A stretch of 24,000 bases of DNA from Candidatus Saccharimonadota bacterium (GTDB lineage Bacteria; Patescibacteriota; Saccharimonadia; Saccharimonadales; EFPC-124), in the NCBI GenBank assembly GCA_029288315.1, contig JARIHL010000085.1:14333-38332 (forward strand), in the 5' to 3' direction. Shown in pieces: positions 17,199-24,000 of the stretch (position 1 is its first letter; every line of letters begins with the position of its first letter). A program made the translations under genes and the position numbers. The notes below the pieces were generated by a model, which saw only the letters and a list, made by a program, of their open reading frames with translations, searched no databases and was not told where the DNA came from.

Positions 17199-18620
17199 CT
17201 ATATCATCTCTATCTTTTGACGCTGAGAAGCTATATCGTCCTTCGTTTTAATACCTTCTGATGCGAACATTGAGGCCATACTACCGTCAGGCCAGCCGGT
17301 AACGCTTCTTTGGATATGTGCCCAAGCTTGATCTTTAAACCCGTCGAATGTTTTATGGTCACTAGCCTTAAAGAGATTGTTTACAAAAGAATACTTCTTG
17401 AACAGCTTGATAAAGTGTGGCTGGTACTGCTGACCGTAGTCATCACCTACTAAAAGGTAGATCATCCAAGCGGGGCTATCAACCAAGAACCACATTAAAA
17501 TTGAACCATCTATGTATGTTTGAAGTAAATCATCATCGTTAGAATGGCGCTTTATAATAAACTTGCTAATTGACCCGACATCGTTTTTCTTTATATAGTT
17601 AGCGACACCTTGCGGGAAATGTCGTAGTCTATCTAATCCGACTAACTTATCATACTTATTTGGCCTTTTAAATTTCTGTTCCGTAAGCGTTGCAAGGAAC
17701 GACCACCAATTTTCCTTCGCTACGCAACCGATTATTAGCGCCGCAAGCTCGTATACGATAAGTCCATGATATTCTTTCGAGGCTTCACTTAATCCGCCTA
17801 TGTCTTCGGGAAGGACATCAAAGTATTTAGATAGATTCCCCAGTTTCTTATACGCAGCAATTAAGACGTCTTCTTTCTTGTGCTCAGCCGCCATACTAAC
17901 AACGTCATAGCACTCTTGTATTAGAGGTAGGGATTTTTCATAGGCATCTGCAACTTTGCCAAAATATTCGCTACCATCCTCGCTATGCTTGTATCTTCCT
18001 GGATACAGCTTGTTAATCTCGTCATATAAGTTAGTGAAGTAGGCTTCCGCCAAACGTCGGGCTGGCTTGTCGTCCTCAATTGCCTGAGTCAATTTGTCTT
18101 TGGCAGATTCGGTCTGGACTATCTCTAACTTGGCCTGGATATCTTGCAGATGTGCCGCAAGGATTTCCTCAAGCTCTTTCATCAATGCCACGCCCCTTTT
18201 GTCATCATTAAGCGAAAAATCGACGACCCGATTTTGGGCTATATCAAAGGGCAGCAATCCCTTATCACCTAGGTCAGAGTTGAGAAGTACGACTGTCGCT
18301 TCATCGCCCAACTTTCCGGTGGCATAGCCTAGCTCATACATAACATTTTGATTGACCATTGCTCGCCCAGACTCACCCTTATCCACTAAGGTCAAGTCCG
18401 CTACAAAAACGTCAGCTAAATCAATTTTCTTTCGGATGGTCGTTGGTATATTGATCGACCCAACTTTACCTTGTGTATCCTTGTCGAAGCGGGGCGCAAG
18501 CTCGATATCTGGATTCTCGGCAAGGTTGTCAATCGCAGCTCGAAGCGCCTTCTCGATAAAGTGTCTAGTTTTAGTATGATCCGATTGCCATGAATAGAAA
18601 ATAACAGGATTGGGATTCAT
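17199..18620 (-). CDS. TIR-like / nucleoside 2-deoxyribosyltransferase-like domain protein with a roughly 300-aa helical C-terminal domain
   Basis: N-terminal strand VIFYSWQSD, ADVFVADLT, and VNQNVMYELGYATGKLG (18321-18356 on the plus strand) containing the conserved Glu of the E(L/I)GYA motif of this fold. The remainder is helical with no recognised domain. Confidence 0.65.
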   Translation of the reverse strand: MNPNPVIFYSWQSDHTKTRHFIEKALRAAIDNLAENPDIELAPRFDKDTQGKVGSINIPTTIRKKIDLADVFVADLTLVDKGESGRAMVNQNVMYELGYATGKLGDEATVVLLNSDLGDKGLLPFDIAQNRVVDFSLNDDKRGVALMKELEEILAAHLQDIQAKLEIVQTESAKDKLTQAIEDDKPARRLAEAYFTNLYDEINKLYPGRYKHSEDGSEYFGKVADAYEKSLPLIQECYDVVSMAAEHKKEDVLIAAYKKLGNLSKYFDVLPEDIGGLSEASKEYHGLIVYELAALIIGCVAKENWWSFLATLTEQKFKRPNKYDKLVGLDRLRHFPQGVANYIKKNDVGSISKFIIKRHSNDDDLLQTYIDGSILMWFLVDSPAWMIYLLVGDDYGQQYQPHFIKLFKKYSFVNNLFKASDHKTFDGFKDQAWAHIQRSVTGWPDGSMASMFASEGIKTKDDIASQRQKIEMI

Positions 18621-18668
18621 TATTACTTTGCCTTTTATATATTGCTACTTCTATAGTATCAGGTAATG

Positions 18669-19898
18669 TTATTCGGGCAGCCTTAATCGCCCCTGTTCAA
18701 TCATTGTCTGATGATAAGTATCTGAATCTCTTTCGTCATCCAAAGTCGCCATCTCAAAAGATCGTCCACGTCTGTACGGCCCGTGCATTAACGCGAATTC
18801 GGCTTTAAACCTTAACAACATATTCATATTACTACCGCCGTCAGGATCGTAGCCTTCCTGCCATGGTCTCCTTTCGTCTGCGTCAAATGCCTCTGTTCTA
18901 CCATCTGAATAGCCGAAATAGATTTGTCCTCCACCCGACAAAGGTCGTGGATCGGGCATGAATAGATAGCCGCTACCGAATTGTCCCCATTCCTCACCGT
19001 TTACATATCTTTCGGGATACAACCAGTCTTTGTTACCTGCGGCAACATAACGCAATGCTCTCTTCTTAATCACATAGTTGATTTGTCTTACCTCATGTTC
19101 GCTAAGATGCCTTTGGGTTTGGATAGACAAAAAATTAAATACAGCATCTCTAAAGAAACTGGAGTTTGGCCTTAGCTGAAGCGCGTTCTGATACGGATTC
19201 TTTGCCCACGATTTATTAGTTAATATAAGCACCTTCTCGCGAGACAGCGGGAAGATGGTGTGAGATGCGTTATATCGTATATCGGGATCATTAAAGCCCC
19301 GATTCTCGTGACTTCTGGGTAGTAGTCTTCTGTTATATACAGTTACAGGGTGGTCTGAGAAAATAAACTTTGTATCGGATTGACTAGCATCTGCAATCTG
19401 CCAAATGCATCCAGTCCACACGGCTGAATACAAATTTTTCAACTGCATCATTCGAGTAAGCAATATATTTCGATCATCAGTTCCTACGAGCTGGGATAGC
19501 CAACCTAGACCCTTAGGGGTGCGCAGTTTCTGAGCACTCATGTAAGTGACCATGTTACGAGCAGCTTTCGCATCGATTGATGGATGCTCGAAATTCGTAA
19601 AGTAATCCACGGCATTCTTTCCAAAGCCATCAATACCACCAAAAAACTTCTGCTCGATAATGGTCGACCTTCGAGTTCCGTTTTGTAAGGTATACAAATC
19701 ATCTTCTTTAAATGATTTTTCGATAGAATGCGTCCGTAACTCATTAGCTGGGTGCGCCACGCCCGAACGATCAAAGAAGACAGGTGGGGTTAAATCCAGC
19801 AGTTGAATTGTTCCATTTGTCTGCCCGTCTTCTAAAAACCTCCGTTGATACCATTGAGGAACGTAGTGGTTATTTGTATATTCTCTATTATCGAACAT
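18669..19898 (-). CDS. DUF4238-family protein (409 aa)
   Basis: The N-terminal signature NNHYVPQWYQRRFLEDG matches the hallmark HYVPQFYLRxF start of DUF4238. AGGA SD lies 8 nt upstream. First gene of the trio. Confidence 0.65.
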   Translation of the reverse strand: MFDNREYTNNHYVPQWYQRRFLEDGQTNGTIQLLDLTPPVFFDRSGVAHPANELRTHSIEKSFKEDDLYTLQNGTRRSTIIEQKFFGGIDGFGKNAVDYFTNFEHPSIDAKAARNMVTYMSAQKLRTPKGLGWLSQLVGTDDRNILLTRMMQLKNLYSAVWTGCIWQIADASQSDTKFIFSDHPVTVYNRRLLPRSHENRGFNDPDIRYNASHTIFPLSREKVLILTNKSWAKNPYQNALQLRPNSSFFRDAVFNFLSIQTQRHLSEHEVRQINYVIKKRALRYVAAGNKDWLYPERYVNGEEWGQFGSGYLFMPDPRPLSGGGQIYFGYSDGRTEAFDADERRPWQEGYDPDGGSNMNMLLRFKAEFALMHGPYRRGRSFEMATLDDERDSDTYHQTMIEQGRLRLPE

Positions 19899-20124
19899 TC
19901 ATAGAATCCTGATATATTTCTACTTCTATTTTACTTCTTTTCTACGAAAGTATGACCTCCGAGTGGCTTGAAGAAGAGGTGTTGTGGGCGTTAAGCAAGC
20001 AAACAGGTAGTGCATGCCTTTGGAGTGATTTGCTCAATCTGTCGATTGGCCGTGTAAACTGGCTAGAGGTTATCGAGAATAATAAACAGTAGCCAAGAAC
20101 GTCCTGGGCATGACGATAAACTGC

Positions 20125-20934
20125 CTATATAGTATTCAATAACTTTAATTCTTCGAGGGAGAAAGCTTTATCCGGATTGTCAGCACTACGCCACGACTTC
20201 TTATCGCCGTTCAAAATATCACTCTTCAATGCCGTATATCCTATCAGACCATCCTTGTCGCCAATAATCTTGTGGAGGCGCTTCTCGATATTCGGACTGT
20301 CTACGGCGAATAATAATATCGGAAAATTCGTACCCGTGTCATCCCATACGCCACTCTCAAAGTAGTCCATGTATTTCTTAACTGCCCTTGTCGCAACGAA
20401 GAAGGGTTGATGAGCATGGTGTACTTGTAGGAAATACTGTTTATCACTTCCGAGTCTTATATACGCATCTGGAAGTGGCTGAGGGAAGTATTCGTAGTCT
20501 TCATGTTTTAGATCTACTTTAGTAAAAAACTTGAGGTCAGAATTGTGTGATCGTAACGCTAGAAAGATATTAAATAAGTCGAAACAATCTTGGATGAACT
20601 GTTCGGATACGCTCTTGTCTTTATATATGACGCTTACTCTTACTCGTATATTCAGTGTTGGTTTATTTCGTTGGAGCCTACGTATCCCCTCGGGTAATAA
20701 ATGGTATGCGACTGGCTTATGAAGAAGTCTGTAATTATCAAAGTACCTTTTTGCTATGAGTCCTTGTTGCTCAAGTGTCTCAAGCCTTCTAAACACATTC
20801 ATACCTGGATTCGACTTAACAAAATACATTTTTAATGACGCTGACGATACAAATCGAAACTTATACAGTAATTCTAATATCTGTAGTTGTTCGGTATTTA
20901 GTGGGCGTCTGTATTTTGGTTCTGTATTATTCAT
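20125..20934 (-). CDS. Replication-relaxation family protein (winged-helix N-terminus; putative atypical relaxase/replication initiator)
   Basis: LNTEQLQILELLYKFRFVSSASLKMYF...VFRRLETLEQQGLIAKRYF...YHLLPEGIRRL follows the Replic_Relax wHTH pattern (family recalled from memory). Located between the T4SS/cargo and the recombinase. Confidence 0.5.
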   Translation of the reverse strand: MNNTEPKYRRPLNTEQLQILELLYKFRFVSSASLKMYFVKSNPGMNVFRRLETLEQQGLIAKRYFDNYRLLHKPVAYHLLPEGIRRLQRNKPTLNIRVRVSVIYKDKSVSEQFIQDCFDLFNIFLALRSHNSDLKFFTKVDLKHEDYEYFPQPLPDAYIRLGSDKQYFLQVHHAHQPFFVATRAVKKYMDYFESGVWDDTGTNFPILLFAVDSPNIEKRLHKIIGDKDGLIGYTALKSDILNGDKKSWRSADNPDKAFSLEELKLLNTI

Positions 20935-21135
20935 GTCTGTAGCTATGCTCTATATATTTATATATTAAAGAGAGAGAAATATAAAGGTGTATATAAGGAG
21001 TTAGTGTAGTTAGATAGGTGCAATTCGGGGAGTGCAGCTATATTGTGCATAAAACAGCAGTCTAGTACTTCCTTACTAGGACTACTAATACTATAATATA
21101 ACTATGACTAGTAGTACTACAAGGGGGCTATAAAA

Positions 21136-21306
21136 ATGAGCAAGAAAGATGCGGAAGCTGAGGATCTAGCTATTCAGGATACACTTGCCATGGATGTGCA
21201 AGATCGCCTAAAACTTCTCGCAGCATTAATCGTGGACAAAATAGAAGAAGATCAACGTAATGAACACACCTTATTTAAAACAATCTCAGAGGCTCAAAAT
21301 GCCTAG
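21136..21306 (+). CDS. Small acidic hypothetical protein (56 aa), possible recombination directionality factor or regulator
   Basis: Absent from the supplied ORF track. AGGGGG SD lies 9 nt upstream of ATG 21136. Its stop overlaps the probable recombinase start (ATGCCTAG). Sequence: MSKKDAEAEDLAIQDTLAMDVQDRLKLLAALIVDKIEEDQRNEHTLFKTISEAQNA. Confidence 0.4.
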   Translation: MSKKDAEAEDLAIQDTLAMDVQDRLKLLAALIVDKIEEDQRNEHTLFKTISEAQNA

Positions 21307-23104
21307 TAATCAAACTGCGGTCGGCAATGTTGTTGGTGCCATTAGAGTATCGACTGTTAAGCAAGGAATTGATGGAGATTCACCCGACGACCAGCAAAGA
21401 CTTATCGAGCAGTACGCAGCTGGACGCAACTTAAATGTCGCACGCTACTTCGTTTTTTTGGAGTCAGGCTCAAAAGAGCTACAGCCAATGCAAGAAGTTG
21501 TAGATTACTGTAAAGACCCTAAGAACAATGTCAAACAAGTTATCATTAAGTCGATTGATCGTTTTACGCGTGGTGGCTCAGAGTTTTATAGTATGCTCAA
21601 GAATCAGCTCGATGATTGTGGCGTTGCTCTTGTTGATGTGTATGGTATCATTGGTAACCAAAAAATAAATACGCTCGAACATCTCGGCGTAAAGTACAAA
21701 TGGAGCGAGTATTCACCGACCAAGAAAGCTGAGATGCTTGAGGCTGAACGCGCAAAAGACGAGGTGCGAGATATTCAAACTCGTATGATTGGTGCGCAGA
21801 TTCGCTACGCACGCATGGGTTATTGGGTACGCCGGGCATTACATGGTTTTGATAATGTCCATGTGGAAACGCGAGACGGCAAGCGATGCATATTGAAACC
21901 AAATGAGATTGAAGCTCCTCAGGTCATTAAAATGTTTGAGTTGCGAGCACGCGGCACAATGGAGGACATTGAAATTGTTGAAGAGATAAATAAGTTTGGC
22001 TTCCGCACGCGAGAGCGCGTTATTAGAGATAAAGAGGATCGAACTAAAATTATTCAAGTAATCGGCGGTGAACCACTTACTCTTAAGCAGCTATGGCGTA
22101 TGATTGAAAATCCAGTTTATGCTGGGGTAAATCCTGAAAAGTGGACGCAAGGCAACCCTGTTAAATGTAAGTTCGACGGACTCGTATCATATGAGCTTTT
22201 CAATGCCGCCAATAGAGGAAAAATTATTATCACAGAAGACGGTGATGGCGTACATATTTATCGCCGTAAACCCGCAGACCATCTCGTCAAGAAAGGTGTT
22301 AAGAATTCTGAGTTTCCATTTAAACGAATAGTCATGTGCCCTGGTTGCAAGAAGCCGTTATATGGCAGCTCATCGCGCGGTAGGCACGGTAAGTACTTTC
22401 CTGCTTATCACTGTAATCAACGTGGCGATCATTACTTTCGAAAATCTAAAAAAGAATTTGATAATACAATCGAAGAGTTTGTGAAGCATTTAGCCGTATC
22501 CGATGAATATATTGCTGAATTAATGGAATATGTCGGTGAGGCATTCGATAAGCAGCAAATGGAAGCTCATAAAGACTCTGTAGCGATTGACCTGCGCCTT
22601 ACGCAGCTCCGCAGCCAAATACGCGTGAACGTGGACAAGATTAAGCTTGTAAGCTCCGAGACGACGATTAAGTACCTCGAAGAAGATATCGCTAAATTGG
22701 AGGTTGAGATAGCCGAACTAACGTCACAACGTCAGACAGAAGAAGAGCAGAAACCTGTTGATATGGAGAAAATGAAAGCATATGTCGAATACTTCCTGGC
22801 ACACCTCGAAGAACTACTGTTGCACCACAGTAACCCAGTACTTCAAGCCAAGTATTTCGGCGTGATATTTAATAGTGCGCCAACCTACGATGATATCGTA
22901 TCTGGCACCCCTGATTGTTCAAAAATAACAGGGGTGAATACGGTGTTTATACCGAAAAAATTAAATAATGAACTCATGGCAGGGGTGGAGGGATTCGAAC
23001 CCCCGGCCCTTGGTTTTGGAGACCAATGCTCTACCACTGAGCTACACCCCTTCATACCGAATGTTTCGGCTCGGCTGCATCATTATAGCAAATATACGTG
23101 GTAA
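21299..23104 (+). CDS. Large serine recombinase (resolvase catalytic domain + recombinase domain + zinc ribbon + coiled coil)
   Basis: Catalytic GAIRVSTVKQ (about 21341-21361) and DRFTRG. Zinc ribbon CPGCKKPLYGSS...YHCNQRG (about 22336-22420). Coiled-coil LRSQIRVNVDKIKL...IAKLEVEIAELT. Probable start is ATG 21299 (GAGG SD); the ORF-track ATG is 21260. The last ~43 codons (22977-23104) are antisense to tRNA-Trp and its upstream region. Confidence 0.9.
   Translation: MPSNQTAVGNVVGAIRVSTVKQGIDGDSPDDQQRLIEQYAAGRNLNVARYFVFLESGSKELQPMQEVVDYCKDPKNNVKQVIIKSIDRFTRGGSEFYSMLKNQLDDCGVALVDVYGIIGNQKINTLEHLGVKYKWSEYSPTKKAEMLEAERAKDEVRDIQTRMIGAQIRYARMGYWVRRALHGFDNVHVETRDGKRCILKPNEIEAPQVIKMFELRARGTMEDIEIVEEINKFGFRTRERVIRDKEDRTKIIQVIGGEPLTLKQLWRMIENPVYAGVNPEKWTQGNPVKCKFDGLVSYELFNAANRGKIIITEDGDGVHIYRRKPADHLVKKGVKNSEFPFKRIVMCPGCKKPLYGSSSRGRHGKYFPAYHCNQRGDHYFRKSKKEFDNTIEEFVKHLAVSDEYIAELMEYVGEAFDKQQMEAHKDSVAIDLRLTQLRSQIRVNVDKIKLVSSETTIKYLEEDIAKLEVEIAELTSQRQTEEEQKPVDMEKMKAYVEYFLAHLEELLLHHSNPVLQAKYFGVIFNSAPTYDDIVSGTPDCSKITGVNTVFIPKKLNNELMAGVEGFEPPALGFGDQCSTTELHPFIPNVSARLHHYSKYTW
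22977..23051 (-). tRNA. tRNA-Trp: tRNA-Trp (anticodon CCA), CCA end encoded
   Basis: The reverse complement folds by hand into a 75-nt cloverleaf: AGGGGTG-TA-GCTC-AGTGGTA-GAGC-A-TTGGT-CTCCAAA-ACCAA-GGGCC-GGGGG-TTCGAAT-CCCTC-CACCCCT-G-CCA. Strong resemblance to E. coli tRNA-Trp. Confidence 0.95.
23082..23090 (-). promoter_or_regulatory. Extended -10 promoter (TGcTATAAT) for tRNA-Trp
   Basis: The reverse complement of 23082-23090 is TGCTATAAT, 30 nt upstream of the mature tRNA 5' end. A second copy (TGCTATACT) is at 23145-23153. Confidence 0.45.
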
Positions 23105-23156
23105 AATAAGTAGTATTACTGCTTAAGCCCGTAGCAAATCTGATAGTATAGCAAAT

Positions 23157-23798
23157 ATGAAAGCACTTAACCTGGCGCAGCCGCTTGTAGTGATGATGAT
23201 TGGCATACCCGGAGCTGGTAAAAGCTTCTTTGCCAGACGTTTCTCAGATACATTTGGCGCGCCAGTGGTCAGTGAAGATCGTATTCGCTATGAACTGTTT
23301 TCGCAATCACAATTTACTTCTGAAGAAAACGACATTGTCAAGCGATTAACCGAGTACCAAATTCAAGAGCTTCTAAAAACAAAGCGCACATTCATTGTTG
23401 ATGGTGGCTGCAATGTCAAAACTGAACGGCTCCATATGAAACAGTTAGCAAAACAGGCCGGTTATAACTTATTAAGCGTCTGGGTTCAAACACATGAGCC
23501 GACGGCTCAAGGCCGGGCGATGAAACGTAGTTCGCGCCGTGAAGATGATAAATATACCCTCAGTCTGAGCGCTGAACAATTTGCTTATTTTGCTCGCCGC
23601 TTAACCGCACCTCATCGCGAAAACTATGTGGTGATAAGCGGCATGCAGACATATAGCACTCAGGCAAAAGCGGTGCTCAGGCGCATTGCCGCCACTCGCG
23701 AAGCCCAGGCCCATGAAGCTCATAAATTAGAAAATGAGGCGACTTTTCAGCAGGCTCGAGGCATCCATACAACACGCAGAAGTATTATCCTTAGATAA
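23157..23798 (+). CDS. P-loop NTPase, kinase-like (AAA_33 / zeta-toxin / polynucleotide-kinase-like ATP-binding protein)
   Basis: Walker A at the N-terminus (MIGIPGAGKSFF), followed by ...SEDRIR.. and ...IVDGG... typical of small P-loop kinases. Basic C-terminal tail. Confidence 0.7.
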   Translation: MKALNLAQPLVVMMIGIPGAGKSFFARRFSDTFGAPVVSEDRIRYELFSQSQFTSEENDIVKRLTEYQIQELLKTKRTFIVDGGCNVKTERLHMKQLAKQAGYNLLSVWVQTHEPTAQGRAMKRSSRREDDKYTLSLSAEQFAYFARRLTAPHRENYVVISGMQTYSTQAKAVLRRIAATREAQAHEAHKLENEATFQQARGIHTTRRSIILR

Positions 23799-23804
23799 CA
23801 TGGC

Positions 23805-24000
23805 ATGGCAGCTTTTAAAGATTCAGAATTTGGCAGCATCACCCTCCGCCGCTCTCGTTTGGCGCGTTATGTTCGTTTGAAGCTTGATTCAAGAGGGGTT
23901 ATTTCTATTTCACTTCCACCGCGAACCCCATTATTTGTTGCGAAACAGCTTATCAACGAATCGCGCACGAATCTACGGCACACGCTGGCACGTATAAAGG
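23805..24000 (+). CDS. DUF45/YgjP-like (M48-family metallopeptidase-like) protein, N-terminal part (partial at window edge)
   Basis: Absent from the ORF track because it is open at the edge. MAAFKDSEFGSITLRRSRLARYVRLKLDSRGVISISLPPRTP... matches the typical DUF45 N-terminus (i.v.Rs.Ra....l.v...g.v.v..P). The HExxH motif would lie outside the window. Confidence 0.45.
   Translation, partial: MAAFKDSEFGSITLRRSRLARYVRLKLDSRGVISISLPPRTPLFVAKQLINESRTNLRHTLARIK

Larger units (their letters stand above)
8248..23104. mobile_element. Putative integrative conjugative element (T4SS + cargo + replication-relaxation protein + serine recombinase) abutting tRNA-Trp; left boundary not determined
   Basis: Co-location of a complete minimal T4SS operon, a relaxase-candidate gene and a large serine recombinase ending at or inside a tRNA gene. 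No flanking direct repeat found by eye, so the ends are approximate. Confidence 0.5.

Noticed and set aside
19952-20092. 46-aa ORF (MTSEWLEEEVLWALSKQTGSACLWSDLLNLSIGRVNWLEVIENNKQ) on the + strand, in the 226-bp gap between the DUF4238 gene and the replication-relaxation gene
   Set aside because: It has no SD, lies opposite to both neighbouring genes and matches no family. The gap more likely holds the promoter of the cargo operon. It could be a gene remnant or antisense RNA, but nothing in the sequence supports that.
22977-23104. The C-terminal ~43 residues of the recombinase as a genuine protein domain
   Set aside because: The sequence ...GVEGFEPPALGFGDQCSTTELHP... is the mirror translation of a tRNA gene. 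It is most likely a read-through artefact of the integration context rather than a conserved domain.
1-24000. Alternative genetic code (UGA recoding, as in some CPR lineages)
   Set aside because: TGA functions as a stop with immediate coupled restart at 4066-4069 (ATGA). All family-assignable ORFs have normal lengths under the standard code. The tRNA-Trp anticodon is CCA, not UCA.
1-24000. CRISPR arrays, rRNA genes, IS elements/transposases, long tandem repeats
   Set aside because: No regularly spaced repeats longer than about 12 bp, no transposase-like ORF and no rRNA-like sequence were seen on reading both strands.

Overview
This window appears to come from a compact, moderately AT-rich bacterial genome (GC not computed). 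It uses the standard code: TGA acts as a stop at 4067-4069, and all long ORFs are intact. The T4SS type suggests a monoderm or CPR/Saccharibacteria-like organism, but this guess is unverified. There are four blocks. (1) 226-7775 is a tightly packed sugar/cyclitol-type biosynthetic cluster. It holds a DHQS-like sugar-phosphate cyclase, a ROK kinase, two Zn-dependent MDR dehydrogenases and an extended SDR. A sugar-phosphate nucleotidyltransferase plus Nudix hydrolase pair is transcribed divergently, and an SGNH hydrolase lies convergent at the right end. (2) 8745-16379 is a single-operon minimal Gram-positive-type type IV secretion system. It encodes a pilin-like protein, a pilin-VirB6-like fusion, a PrgI/VirB3-like protein, VirB4 in two in-frame pieces, an M23 wall hydrolase and a VirD4-like coupling protein. 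(3) 16453-19898 is a three-gene minus-strand cargo operon: DUF4238-like, then a TIR-like/nucleoside-2-deoxyribosyltransferase-like protein, then a helical protein. I consider this the best candidate for an undescribed defence/abortive-infection system. (4) 20125-23104 is a mobility module. It has a replication-relaxation-family protein, a repeat-rich intergenic region, a small ORF and a large serine recombinase whose 3' end runs antisense through tRNA-Trp(CCA). Blocks 2-4 together look like an integrative conjugative element next to tRNA-Trp. The right flank (a P-loop kinase-like protein and a DUF45-like partial CDS) looks like core genome. No CRISPR array, rRNA or IS element was seen.
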